Positions 1 to 13,692 of a stretch of 64,000 nucleotides of DNA are shown here, one piece after another. The notes under the pieces are model-generated. The model was given only the letters and a program-made list of their open reading frames with translations, searched no databases and was not told the origin of the DNA. Origin of the DNA: the human T2T-CHM13v2.0 reference genome, Homo sapiens; NCBI RefSeq assembly GCF_009914755.1, contig NC_060926.1; one strand, 5' to 3'. Both the position numbers and the translations under genes were made by a program. The first letter of the stretch is position 1. Every line of letters starts with the position of its first letter.

Positions 1-2469
1 TTCACATGCATCATATTTCATTTTATGGGAAGTTTATTTAACACCAGTCAAGACCACCGCAAATTTGAACAGATCACTAAGCTAATTAACCAGAACATTC
101 AGCTCTTTTAAAATCCTCATGCATTTGCAGAAATATCTGAACTTCATCATAAATGTCAGCACATCTATAGTTGAAATTTCATATTTTTATCTGCAACTTG
201 ATACCCTATTTTAACTTTATTTTTATGTAATGAATAAGATGGTCAAGTTAAGTATTTAAATCTTTAAGCTATAAAGAATTGTTTTCATTTTGCCTTTTTT
301 TGTGCTTTTAACCTGGAATAACATAGATATTTCTTTGAAACTATATTGGTACTTTTAAGTTTTCATTTTTCATTTAATGTGAGAAAACTAACAACTGGCT
401 TTTCAGCATCATATGTTAAATTACTAGAGATTTGATAGTTATATATAGATTTTAAAGAATGATCCCATTCTTCATTATAAATAATTTCTCTTAAGAGATC
501 TCACTTTAGAAGTCTGAATGGGTTTCTACAACTTAAATTTGTATTACTCTTTTAATGTTTTATCCCTAAAAAACACAAAAGGGTGGTTTTATCCCTAAGT
601 TTAGCAAATGCTATTTTGGTAACAGACCATAAAATATAGCTTTTAAGTCCTCTAAAATCGATACTCCCATTCAACTGAAGAAGAAATTGTTTCTTTTTTA
701 TTTTTTTGAGTTGTTTTTTTCCTAACAACAGTGCCCTTAACTATTCAGCATTCACATCTGTGACTTAAACACAGCTTGCTATTTCACCTCACATAAAAAG
801 AAAGCCAAAATGCTGAAATCAGACTGTTCAGGACTTTGAAGGAACACAAGCAGGTTACTTCTTTCTAAACAGAAAGGAACCTCAGCACAATAGCCTGACA
901 TTGCACATTGCCTGCTGATCTACAAGTTAGCCACATGTGAGGAACCAGTTGACCAAGACAAACTAAGGACACATACGGATGGATATGCTATACATCATGT
1001 GTCCGGAGAGATTTGTTGCCAGTTATAGCATTTCTTTTAAAACATATGATGCTGGAGGATGTTATTATTTCTTCTGCACATATCTTACAAATTACAATTT
1101 AAGCACTGAAAAAAGAGACCTGCATTGTAAATTTAATAGTTGATTTACATGTTCCAATGGAGAAATAAAAGAACACATTCACTGATGTCTTAAATTAGCA
1201 AAACATTTCAATATCAATCATATTTTACTTTGAATTTCATGAAATATATCTATCAAATAGCCACATGTATTAAGTGAACATTCATATCCACTGTGAAGGC
1301 TACTATAAGCATAATTTTCTGTTTCAAAGCACATAACAACTGACGGAGGGGAAAGTAGTACAGGCACCACCTCTTCCTTGGCAGGAGGCTAGCAACTTCC
1401 ATCTAAAATTTGCTACAGAGATAATTGAAAGTTAATCCTAAGTACAAAACATTACCCCAAATTTAGGTATGTGGAAATAAGGATACAAATAACCTTTAGA
1501 ATCTATTCTAAAGTTTACACAACCACAACAATATAAACATGGAATCTAGAGAAAGAAAAATAACATTACCCTTGTTCTGTTTTTATCAGATCACATAGGG
1601 TAGAGTGCTAAAGTGCAAAGAGAGGAGTGATGTAGATAGTGAAGGTGATGCTCAACAAGCCACTTATCTTATGAGTTGGAAACATTTTAATAGACAACTA
1701 GAGATAGGGGCAGTAGCTCCAAAGGATATAACTCTAACCACCAAGTAAAAGTTAAAAATAGGAAGATTTTGAAGCTGTATAAAATAAAAACTTCAACTCA
1801 AAAGAGTTACTAATAAAGCAAGCTGCTTATATGGTAGTCAATCTTCCATCACTGAGAATTTTTTAAAAAGTGGAAAGATTATTTGTAGACAAGATTGCTA
1901 CACTGAGCAGGAGTTTAGGGTATAGAACTATAAGTATATTTTTAATAACAAGAAAATATTGCAGGCATTTTTTTAAAGTGGAGTTACTTTTGTTTTATGT
2001 TTTCTGAATTTAACAAAGAATACTACTTTTACATCAACCCATATGTAATATGGGTAATCAAATGTACTGGCAAAATAAACAATAACTTTAAAACATATGA
2101 ACAAAGCATGTGCTCATATTAAAGAAATGTCTCTTGGGAATACAAACAAAATTACATTATTAGAAATTATCTCCTGTTGCTGTTCCCTAATTTCTAGGTA
2201 ACATTCCTCAGACCCTGAATCTCTCCTCAAGCTTAGCTCAACTTTGGACCTTAAACCAGCTTGGTTCAAATTGTCAGTTACCAATAAACCTTAGATTTTC
2301 TTTCGTGGATTAACTGCTTCTTCCTTTATTAACAGAGCAATCCTATTATGTCAAACCAGACTTGTTCCAGATGGAATGGTATATTCTAGATATCCTAAAA
2401 AGTCATAAATGGTAAAATGAAAACAATAAAATAAGTTGGACATCATCTGAAATGACCTCTTTATTTTAC

Positions 2470-4337
2470 AGATACTTTTGGAGGAATCCAACATACCAGA
2501 GGTGACCATAGAAAGCTTATCCTCTGGGTAAGATTCTGAGATTGGATTACTCACCCACTGTATTAGTTTCCAGAAAAACAGAACCACATATATATATAAA
2601 TTAAAGAAGAGAGAGAGAGAGAGACAGAGAGAGAGAGACCAACCTAAGTTTTACATATGGGGCAGAGAGACAGATTTATTATAAGGAATTGGTTCATGTG
2701 ATTATGGAAACAGGCTAGTTCCAAGGATATGCAGAATAAGTCAGTAAGTTAGAGAACCAGGATAGCCAATGATTTAGTTCTAGTCTGAATCTGAAGACCT
2801 GAAAACCGGAGAGCCAATTTTGTAGTTTCCATCTGAAGGCTGGCAGGCTTGAGACCCAAGGAGAGTTGATATTTTAGTTAGAGTCCAAAGGCAGAAAAAA
2901 AAAAATTCCAGTTCTAAGGGCAGTCAGGCAGGAAGAATTCTGTCTTAATTGGGAAAGTATTATCCTTTTTGTTCTATCCGGGCCCTCAACTAATTGGAAA
3001 AGGCCTAAGCACACTACAGAGGATAATCTATTCTACTCAGTTTACAAATTTAAATGTTTATATACCATCTAAAAACACCTCCACAGAAACACTTAGAATA
3101 ATGTTTAACCAAATATTTGGGCACCTCATGGCTTGGTAAAATGGACACATAAAAAGCATCACACCTGCCATATAGCAATAAGGAACCATTTTTTGTTTTG
3201 TTTTGTTTTAAGTGGAGTTGCAATCATTCCTGGAATATAGTAGCTTTAGAGTAAATAAGATTCTTGTTTTTGATGAATTGGGATGGCACACAGGTGGAAA
3301 TGTGATAGCTTATCCAATATCCGTATTGTGTGACGGATATAGTGGCAATGATACTATCAGAAATGTGTAACTGTTAAGTGCAATTGATTCACTGAACAAA
3401 GAAACAGACAGCCTGAAATTAGCCAACCACCATCTAGGGTCAGGTTTGGAAGCCAAAAGTCCTCTATGGTGGTGTTTTTTTAAAAAAGCTTCATCTTCAG
3501 CAAGGAAACAGTAGATTAGTCTGAAAACTAGGCCAAGATTTGGTTGTAACTATAGCAGAATTGCAGAGAAATTTTAAATTAATAACCCTATCAACTTTCC
3601 TCTGCTGACATCAAAGCACTAATAAGAACTACTATAACATCTGGTTGATGCACTTAAGAGCTTTGATTCTCTGATTCCCTGGAACCCTCTGATCCAGGGG
3701 TTCTAGCCAACTATACTCTTTCTAGAAGATAGCACCCTCCCTCGCCTGGAAATAATATAGAAGCGTTAGTTAGAATACATTTTGCAAGAATATATTTGTC
3801 CTGCTTAAGAAGTATCCTTCATGGCTTCTAAGCATCTAACTAGGTCTTTTCCAGCTGAGAAAGAAAGGGCTGCCCCAGCTTTGAGAAAAAATAAATTATT
3901 TGCCAAAAAGCCCCAGTGAAAACAGCTAAGGATTAGAGCTTAGGAGTGATAGACTGGCTTAATAAAAGAGTGGATAAGACTTGGGTTTTTAAAAAATTGT
4001 TTCTTTATCCAGTATTAACTCTAAACAATTACTTGCAGACACTCCAATCTGAGAAGTATGGTAATGACAAGCTTAGACATTCACTGATGAGGATTCTGTT
4101 ATCCAACCAAAGAAGGGAATCTAGAGCAGCCGAGCCATCTAAGCATGAGAGGATTCTAGATCAGGTGCTAGAGAAAGAAGATGAATTTCCATTGCAGCCT
4201 TAGTACCAATTACAGCAGGGTGACTGTAGTTTTTCTCACCAACCCTGTGATTTTAAATGTTTGTTTTTTTAAAAAAAGTAACCAGGTACCACTTTTAAGA
4301 AACAGTAATTAGATGTAGTTAATATAAGATGTAAATA
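2470..4337 (+). mobile_element. Degenerate ERVL internal region (ERV3-16A3-like, LTR16-associated), interrupted by an MLT2 LTR
   Basis: An LTR16-like terminus (ttttggaggaatccaac) is followed by a degenerate Leu-PBS-like taccagaggtg at ~2494. The gag-like motif acatctggttgatgcacttaagagctttgattctctgattccctggaaccctct lies at ~3637-3690. The element resumes after the L1PA insertion with a polypurine tract just before the LTR at 5604. Confidence 0.6.
2559..3163 (-). mobile_element. MLT2 solo LTR (ERVL)
   Basis: TG...CA termini (tgtattagt ... acacataaaaagcatcaca), internal (TA)n/(GA)n tract, and the MLT2 motif agatttattataaggaattggttcatgtgattatgg. Confidence 0.85.
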
Positions 4338-5566
4338 TGCAGAAAACAGAAACTGGACCCCTTCCTTACACCTTACACAAAAATTAATTCAAGATGGATT
4401 AAAGATTTAAATGTAAAACTTAAAACCATAATAACCCTAGAAGAAAACCTAGGTAATACCATTCAGGACATAGGCATGGGCAAAAACTTCATGACTAAAA
4501 CACCAAAAGCAATTGCAACAAAAGCCAAAATTGACAAATGGGATTTAATCAAACTAAAGAGCTTCTGCATAGCAAAATAAACTATCATCAGAGTTGAACA
4601 GGCAACCTACAGCATGGTAGAAAATTTTCACAAGCTACCCATCCGACAAAGGTCTAATATCTAGAGTCTACAAGGAACTTAAACAAATTTACAAGAAAAA
4701 AAAACCATCAAAAAGTGGGAAAAGGATATGAATAGACACTTCTCAAAAGAAGATACTGATGTGGCTGACAAACATATGAATAAAAGCTCATCATCACTGA
4801 TCATTAGAGAACTGCAAGTCAAAACCATAATGAGATACCATCTCACACCAGTTAGAATGGTGATCATTAAAAAATCAGGGAACGATAGATGCTGGCGAGG
4901 GTATGGAGAAATAAGAATGCTTTTACACTGTTGGTGGGAGTGTAAATTAGTTCAACCATTGTGGAAAACAGTGTGGTGATTCCTCAAGGATCTAGAACCA
5001 GAAATACCATTTGACCCAGCAATCTCATTACTGGGTATATACCCAAAGGATTATAAATCATTCTACTATAAAGACACATGCACACGTATGTTTACTGCAG
5101 CACTATTTACAATAGCAAAGACTTGGAACCAACTCAAATGCCCATCAATGATAGACTGGATAAAAAAATATGTGGCACATATACACCATGGAATACTATG
5201 CATCCATAAAAAAGGATGAGTTCATGTCCTTTGCAGGGATGTGGATGAAGCTGGAAGCCATCATTTTCAGCAAACTAACACAGGAACAGAAAACCAAACA
5301 CTGCATGTTCTCACTCATAAGTGGGAGCTGAACAATGAGAACATATGGACACAGGGAGGGGAACATCACACACCAGGGCCTGTCAGTGGGTGGGGGTCAA
5401 GGAGAGGGAGAGCATTAGGACAAATACATAATGCATGTGGGGCTTAAAACCTAGATGACGGGTTGATAGGTGCAGCAAACCACCATGGCACATGTATACC
5501 TATGTAACAAACCTGCACGTTCTGCACATGTATCCCAGAACTTAAAGTAAAATTTGAAAAAAACAA
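4338..5566 (+). mobile_element. 5'-truncated L1PA (L1PA8-like): ORF2 3' end, 3'UTR and A-tail
   Basis: ORF2 peptide RYHLTPVRM...CWRG...LLHCWWEC; 3'UTR cttaaaacctagatgacgggttgataggtgcagc; exact 12-bp TSD aagatgtaaata at 4326-4337 and 5567-5578. Confidence 0.95.
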
Positions 5567-5603
5567 AAGATGTAAATAGGTCTGAGCAGTAGAAAGGCTA
5601 GAC

Positions 5604-5840
5604 TATAGTCGATATTCTCAGGGGTCCACTTATCTCAAACCTTACCACAATCAGTGTGATCTGGACAAATTCTAGTTTAAAATGTCTGCATCTCTGTGAT
5701 TAAGGCATGTTTCTGAAACTGGGGAAGGCCACTTTCTGGAAATGCAAAGGAATCACCACCACCAGAAGCAAACTCAATAAATGATTCTTGGGAGGTGGTT
5801 ATAAATGTCTAATTATCCTCACCACTCAGGTGAGATATTC
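5604..5840 (+). mobile_element. LTR16-family LTR, 5' half (3' LTR of the ERVL above)
   Basis: Follows a polypurine tract (agtagaaaggctagac). Contains gaagcaaactcaataaatgattcttgggaggtggttataaatg, resembling the LTR16 CCAAT/TATA region. Continues at ~10160. Confidence 0.6.
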
Positions 5841-6435
5841 TTTTATTTTTTATAAGCTTTACTGAGGTGTAATTTACACAACTATTTTATATAGAAAGAT
5901 ATAAATCATCTATTTAAAGTATGCAGTTTAAAGTTTATAATTTGAAATTTTTTGTTATAATCACAGATGTGTTACCATCGCTATAGTCAATTTTAGGACA
6001 TTTTCATCAACTCAAAAATAAACTCTCTACTAGTTAGCTGCCATTCTCCAATCTCCCAATCTACATGCCAGCTCTAAGAAATCACTAATTTACTTTCTGT
6101 CTCTATATATTTGCCTATTCTGGACATTTCCTATAAATTGAATCATATAATATGTCATTTTTGTGATTTACTTCTTTCACTTAGCATTAATGTCTCAAGA
6201 TTCGTCCATGTTGTAGCATGTATCAGCACTTCATTCCTTATTATGGTTGGATAATATTTGTCTTTCATTTTACTTTTTGTTTCTATTTATCTCACGTCTT
6301 TTTGTTCGATGCTGCTTTCATTGTTTTATTTTGATTGTTAATATTTTCTAGTGCGATCATTAAATTTCTTTAATAACATCTTTAGGACAACTTTTGACTT
6401 ATTTCTTTAGTGATTGTTCTACAGCTTATTATATA

Positions 6436-6861
6436 CAGTTGAATTTTGAACATGGGTTTGAACTACACAAGTCCACTTATACAAGTATTTATGACTGCCT
6501 CTTCTACCTCCCCTTTCACCTCTTCCTTCTCTACCATCCCTGAGACAGCAAGAACAACCCCTCCTCTTCCTCCTTCTCCTTAGCCTACTCAATGTCAAAA
6601 TGTCAAAGATGAAGACATTTATGATGATCCACTTCAACTTAATGAATAGTAATATTTTTCTTCCTTATAATTTTCTTAATAACATTTTCTTTTATCTAGT
6701 TTACTTAATTGTAAAAATATAGTACTGTTTATGTTATTAATAAGGCTTCCAGTCAACAGTAGGCTATTAGTTAAGTTTTCAGGGAGTAAAAATTATAGGG
6801 GATTTTTTTACTGCATGTGGAGTCAGCACCCCTAACCCCTACATTGTTCAAGGGTCAGCAG
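6436..6861 (+). mobile_element. Tigger2a (MER28) non-autonomous DNA transposon
   Basis: Degenerate TIRs cagttga... / ...ttgttcaagggtcagcag flanked by TA; diagnostic ccctgagacagcaagaacaacccctcctcttcctcc. Confidence 0.9.
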
Positions 6862-9187
6862 TACATGTTAATGTGTCTGAACCAGCTTCAGATGTGTACT
6901 AACTTAATTCCAGTGAGATATACAAATGTTACACCTACATAGCTCTATTCCCTTCTCCTGTCTTATAGTATTATTTGTTGTATATCTTACATCTATAAAT
7001 ATTACAAACCCAATGATAGAATGTTATAAATATTAATTTACATAACTTTATGTCTTTAAAAGAAACTAAAAGGAGACCAAGTATATATTTATAGCTTTTG
7101 TTATATCAACCTTTCTATTTATCATTTCTCCATTTGTTCTGGTAGATTCCAGTTACCATCTGTTAGCATTTATTACTCCAAAATGAATCCGTTCCCATTC
7201 ACCATTTTTCTGCTGTTTTTATCAAATGTATTGCATTTCCGTACATTATAGGCGCAATAATAGATACACACATATTGTTTTATACAATTGCTTTCTAAGT
7301 AATGAAAAAGAAAAGTATGCATTTATACTGTCTTTTGTAAGTGCATAATTATCTTCACTAATGCTTTTGTTTTTTCAAGTGACCATCTGAGGTCACTTAC
7401 TTTCAAGCTAAAGAACTTCCTTTAGTACTTCTTGTAAGATGAGTCTGATAGCAACAAATTCTCTCCATTTTGGTTTATCTCCAAATGTCTATTTTTTCTT
7501 AATTTTTGGAAGATAGCTGTGCTAAGTATAGGCTTCCTGGTTGATAGTCTTTTTCATCCAAGTGCTTTGAATATGTTATCCCACTTTCGGCTGGTCTTCA
7601 TTTTTTTCTGATGAGAAGTTAGCTATTAATTTTAATGGTCTATCTTTGTAAGCGACAAATTGTTTTTCTCTTGCTGCCTTCAAGATTTCCTCCTTGCCTT
7701 TGGCTTCTAGCATTTTTACTGTCATATATCTGTTTGTAGCTCTCTGTGTTTATCCTGCTCAGAGTTCACTGAACTTCCTAGATGTGTGGATTCTTGTTGT
7801 TCAGTAAATTTTGGAAGTTTTAAGCTATTATTTTTTTGAATATTTTTTCCTTGTCTCCTGATATTCTTAATATGCATATATTGGTATGTTTAATAGTATT
7901 CAACCCTTCTCTGAGGATCTGTTTATTTTTCTTCATTTCTTTCCTCTGTGTTTTGAACTTGCATAATCTCTATCAATCTATCTTCAAGCTCAATTCTTTC
8001 TTCTGTTAATTTACGTCACCAAATTCAATGATACAATGTTATAAATATTAAGCACCACTAGTTAATTTTTCATTTCAGTTATTGTACTCTCAGCTCCAGC
8101 ATTTTATTTCCATTTGGTTCTTTCTATAAATCATTTTTATCTCTTTATTTTTATTCTCTATTTTATACCACATTGTCTTCATAGCTTCTTCTATTTATCA
8201 TTTTTTAAATTTCTTTGAACATATTCATAATGATTATTTTGAAATCTTTGTGTGTTAAAATCTGATATCTGGTTACTCTCGCAGGTAGTTTTAAATGCCT
8301 GCTTTTTTTGGTGTTTGAGTCATACTTTTCTGTCTCTTTTTATGTCTCAAATTTTTTTGTTGAAAACTGGGCATTTTAAATAAATTATAACAACACTAGG
8401 TACTGGCCATCCCTCTTCAGAACTTATTACTGCTATTTGCTTATTAATTTGTTTAATGACTGTCTAGATTATTTTTGTGAAGTATCCTGGAACATAAACT
8501 GTTCCACAGATAAAGATATTCAAATCTGGGCTCCTTTGAGAGGTAGTTCCGGAGGCCAGTGGTTAAGATTTTTTGTGACTCAGGTGGATTCCAGCTGCTA
8601 TTTCCTAGGTTCTGTCAGGCAAACTAACTGGCCTGCAGTCTAACACATATGTCTGATGAATCTACCAACTCCTTCCAATTGCCTTTCACAATTACCTCCA
8701 CTGTTTCTGAGAGCACTTTTAGGCTTGAATTTCTTCAGCCTGGGTTACACATAAAATGAGTTCCTTGGGGAAGAGATTAGTAGTTATTAGTTTTATGCTT
8801 TGCTTCTCTCCAGGCAAAATATCTGAGCTATGTCTCTGGATCTGGGAGTAGGGACAATGGTGCACTTCTCTATGAGTGACAGCCGCCACTTTAGGAGCTA
8901 AGTGCTTCATTAGGGTTGAGAAGGCACTCAGCAGCAGCCTCATATCTTGTCAGATTGCCTCTTCCATGGTGGGGCCACCACTTTATGAATCTGAGTCATG
9001 GAGACTGAGTCTTCAGTATTTTCAGTAGCTCCCTGCCTAAAGCATAACCTTTATACCATGAGTGGAGGTGGGCAGGAGAAGGGATTTCCTGCCTCTCAGG
9101 AACTCTCATCAAGAACTTAGGCTCAAGGGTAGGTAACTGGGGGAAGGATGAACCATCCTGCTTCCCCAGAGATGAAAGCCCTCTTAC

Positions 9188-9788
9188 AGTCCCACCAACA
9201 CTAGTTCAACCATTGTGGAAGACAGTGTGGTGATTCCTCAGGGCTCTAGAACTAGAAATACCACTTGACCCAGCAATCCCATTACTGGGTATATACCCAA
9301 AGGATTATAAGTCATGATGCTATAAAGACACATGCACACATATGTTTACTGTGGCACTATTCACAATAGCAAAGACTTGGAACCAACCCAAATGTCCAAC
9401 AATGATAGACTGGATTAAGAAAATGTGGCACATATACGCCATGGAACACTATGCAGCCATAAAAAAGGATGAGTTCATGTCCTTTGTAGGGACATGGATA
9501 AAGTTGGAAACCATCATCCTCAGCAAACTATCGCAAGGAGAAAAAACCAAACACTGCATGTTCTCACTCATAGGTGGGAATTGAACAATGAGAACACTTG
9601 GACAAAGGAAGAGGAACATCACACACCAGGGCCTGTTGTGGGTGGGGGGAGTGGGGAGGGATAGCATTAGGAGATATACCTAATGTAAATGACGAGTTAA
9701 TGGGTGCAGGACAGCAACATGGCACATGTATACATATGTAACAAACCTGCACGTGGTGCACAGGTACCCTAGAACTTAAAGTATAATT

Positions 9789-9851
<63 letters not shown>

Positions 9852-9855
9852 GAAA
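9188..9855 (+). mobile_element. 5'-truncated L1PA4/5 with a micro 5' inversion; tail is poly(A) plus (TA)n
   Basis: ORF2 C-terminus ...KTKHCMFSLIGGN*; 3'UTR ggagatatacctaatgtaaatgacgagttaatggg; exact 14-bp TSD gaaagccctcttac at 9174-9187 and 9856-9869. Confidence 0.95.
9806..9847. repeat. (TA)21 microsatellite in the L1 tail
   Basis: Uninterrupted TA repeat directly after an A17 run. Confidence 0.95.
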
Positions 9856-10156
9856 GAAAGCCCTCTTACTGGGAGCTGAGAGGAGAAGGAGACCTGTGTT
9901 TTTGGCTGAAATAGTCTGGAGTAGTTTCTTTCTTGATGATTTGGGAGAAGGGAGGAAGAGAGTGAGTCTCTATGCAAATACCAGATTCTCACCATTCTTA
10001 CCAATTTTTAGTAGATTTTAATTAGTAAATATTTATTTTCTCTATACCTTTGGGATCATTTCCCAAAGACTTAAAAGAGTGGGTTTTTAATAAATAATTT
10101 TTACCAGTTTCACTTGGGAACGGGTCCACAAAACTCACATTGTCATACTGGAAGTA

Positions 10157-10386
10157 CACCCTCCAAGTGGTATACTTCTGAGGCATGTGTTCCATACCAA
10201 TTTCTGATACAGGTCCAACTGACCACAGGGTTAGTACACTTTAACTGCCACCTTCTGTTAGCTGCTTTCCCTACCCAGCATCACTTCTGTACTCTTCTAT
10301 TAATGTACTTTGAAACCCTCAAATAAACTCCTTGCTCCTGAATCCTTATCTCAGAATTGGCATTTGAATGATGCTAACCTGAGATC
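10157..10386 (+). mobile_element. LTR16-family LTR, 3' half
   Basis: ctgaggcatgtgttcc ... caaataaactccttgctcctgaatccttatctcag matches the LTR16 R/U5 end; collinear with 5604-5840. Confidence 0.65.
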
Positions 10387-10439
10387 TCAAAAATAACCTT
10401 TAATCTTTTGACTTCTGCAATTAAACACTTAGAGATATA

Positions 10440-11420
10440 GAGATTGAATGAATAGTGGGTAGAATACAATATGAGAACCTGGAAAGAGGATGGGATCCAG
10501 AACACGGTGCTAAGATTAGGTTTATATAAGAGAAGGGATACTTCCTCCCTTAAAGCAGGACAGCAGGAGGAAGAAAGAGAGAATGGATGAAAATGCAAGC
10601 ATATGTATGCATTTGGTAGCAAGATTTTCACTATTGAGATGACTTTCCACTAGAATCTTTATACTACCTAATGTCCTTTAGCTTCACAGAATGCCTAAAC
10701 ACCCTAAAGATATGCTTGCTTGCTAAAATACCCAAATGATGAGCCTAAGGCTTCCTTTCCTTTAAAGCCCCTTTGGATGCCACTGCTGAAGTTTGCCTGA
10801 AACTTCTCTTCATTATTGTACTCAAGTCTAATTTAGCATGAGTGTCTCATTTATTGTTTCAATATGTTAGTATACACAATAGGACTATGATCCAATCTTT
10901 TAGAACTGAGAACTCTTTCTCCTCCTTTGGATGCCCTTCTATCTCTGCACTGATCCATTAGCATTGATTTTAAAGATGAACTCTCAAAGGACTAATTTAC
11001 TTATATTTCTTAGTGAAGTTTCCTGCTGTAAATCTACATATTCACTGACAATCTGATGAAAAAGACAGGTCCTGGAGAGGTTAAGAAAAGGGAGAGCATA
11101 TTCAGTTAGAGATGCTGAGTATACTCTTCCTTTTAAAAACCAAATATTTCTTTCTTCAAGAAAGATTCAATACATAAGATAGATTTGGACTTTAAAATGG
11201 ACCTTGAATGATGAGCAAAGCAAGCAAAAAGCTGAAACGGTGGTTTGGGTAAAAGGAAATGACAAATCACAAAGCACTAAATATGTTTGAGGAATTACAA
11301 GTTTAACAAGATAGATTTCATAAAGTTTAAAGAGAAAATTCAGAGAGATAGGTTTGAAACATGTTATGAAAGGCCTTAACAAAACAGTGTGCTTAATTTG
11401 ATAGACAATGGAGGAGTATA
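10440..11420 (-). mobile_element. L2 fragments (discontinuous)
   Basis: Purine-rich antisense L2-like stretches: gaaagaggatgggatccagaacac, ggaccttgaatgatgag, tttgatagacaatggagga. Confidence 0.45.
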
Positions 11421-12232
11421 AAAAAGTTAATTTAGAAGTTTGTCTTATTTAAGCCAGGCTTTAACAAACGCTATACAAAATTATGTAGTTTTGTCTACAT
11501 TCTTTGTAATACCTACTGTATCACTGTGACCATTAATTTAGACATGGGGTTTTTCATATAGTCATCTTGGAATCTGTGTATCTTTTTACTTCGTAATACC
11601 TCAAAACTAATTATGATAACAGGCAACACATTTTCAGATACTATTATCATTCTTGTTTCCTCACCATGCTTAGTTAGTCCTGAAAGCATGCCTGTCTATT
11701 TTATGTGAAGTGCTTTTCTTCCTTTTGCTATTCAGCCTCCAGTTCGGAACTCTGGTATTATCTTTCTGCTTGGATGAATATCCCTGTGTAGCTGCTTTAA
11801 AAAAAAGAGAGACAGAGAGAAACCATACTGATACCTAATGGAGAGACTGCATTCTTGAACTTCATTATTAGAGATATAACCACCAAATTGACTTTAAATG
11901 TGAGATGCAGATGTCCACAAATGTAACTTTCCAAGTTGTAATCAAAATTTTACATTTAACTTACTATTGCCTCTCTATAAAAAATTCATTTTTGTGGTTT
12001 TTATATATGCTTTATCCTCACAATAATTTGGTTAAAATATATAAAAATATATAATATTATACATATCCAACTATGTGAACATATATTTGGATATAATATT
12101 TGGTATGTATATTTAGTAAAAAATATGAAGATATATTTTGTAAATATATATATGTGTGGAGATATATATATATGGGGCTATACCTAATAAATACATTGTC
12201 CTGCCCATTTTACCAAAATAAACACAACATTT

Positions 12233-12234
<2 letters not shown>

Positions 12235-12316
<82 letters not shown>
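12235..12316. repeat. Compound microsatellite (AC)n(AT)n(AG)n(ACAGAG)n
   Basis: Directly visible. Confidence 0.95.
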
Positions 12317-12319
12317 TCC

Positions 12320-12445
12320 TTGTAAAATAGTAGAAAATGCACCTGATTTGGAAGCTCAAAATCTGTGTTCAAATTTCAGTTCTTGAAGTTGAATAATTGA
12401 TCTCTTGAGCTTTTAGAGTGTCTGTATGTCTGCAAAAGAAAGATA
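12320..12445 (+). mobile_element. MIR fragment
   Basis: tagtagaaaatgcacctgatttggaagctcaaaatctgtgttcaaatttcagttct resembles the MIR 5'/core region. Confidence 0.55.
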
Positions 12446-13296
12446 TCATGAGAATTATATATAAGACATGCCAAGTATATGCATATGTTAAATATAATAT
12501 ATTGTATAATTACATATATAATTATATAATGGAAATAAAGATGTTTAGAATAATTCTTGTAATATTAGCAGGTAACTAAAGAATAATGATACTTTGACAT
12601 TTTTGTCTTTAGCATAATTGCAATCATTTGAGTCTGCCACTATATTTTACCCATTTTAATTCTGAAACATAATAAATACTTCACATTCATCAAGAATACC
12701 AGACATACTAGATAAAAAACTATGGCCAGCAAAAAAGACCTTTCTCATATTTAAATGGCTATGAATACTTGGAGGTGTGAGATCTGCCATAAATTCTAAT
12801 TTCAGTTCTGTCACTTGATTCATAATACATGCAATCTATATCAACACATAATATCTATATCAATCTACTTTCTACTTCAATATTTAAAAATCCGAAGTTA
12901 AAAGTTGGCCCTAAAATGAAAGTCATGTTTCATATAACCATAATATTACCTAATAGAAAACCATTACTAAGTTGAGGCATAGAAATAGTTGAATTCTGTT
13001 TCAGTCATTACAGTGATAAATTGTAAATGCAAACCATTTATTCTGTTTTTATCTGTAAAACAGAAAAGAGGACATCTACATATGCTCAAGGTCTAAAATT
13101 CTGTGGTTTTATAATCTTCTAATTCTATTAATTTCCTAATAAATAATTTAAAATATAAACTAGTTTCAAAATACTTATGTTTCAAATAATGCAGGAAGCA
13201 TTTTCAGTTTTCTACGTTCATCAAAGATGAGGCTTACCTTTCTTGGGCTGGCATCATATTTCAGATATGGCATGTCATATTCAACAACTTAAAGAT

Positions 13297-13692
<396 letters not shown>

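Larger units (their letters stand above)
5841..10156 (-). mobile_element. Old L1M (L1MB/MC/MD-type) composite: 3' end, ORF1 region and 5'UTR, with nested Tigger2a and L1PA
   Basis: T-rich tail and L1MB/MC 3'-end motifs at 5841-6245; antisense ORF1-type sequence at ~7380-8400; 5'-end motif ...cattgtcatactggaagt ending at 10156. Confidence 0.75.

Noticed and set aside
690-860. T-tract plus cctaac...cag resembling a plus-strand acceptor or U12 branch site
   Set aside because: The branch motif is imperfect, the downstream donor is weak (cag|gttact), and I recognise no product.
2037-2055. Hairpin acccatat-gta-atatgggt
   Set aside because: An 8-bp stem is expected by chance in AT-rich 64 kb.
9564-10004. 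146-aa minus-strand ORF
   Set aside because: Antisense read-through of the (TA)n tract, poly(A) and L1 3'UTR (YIYIYI...FFFFF); not a gene.
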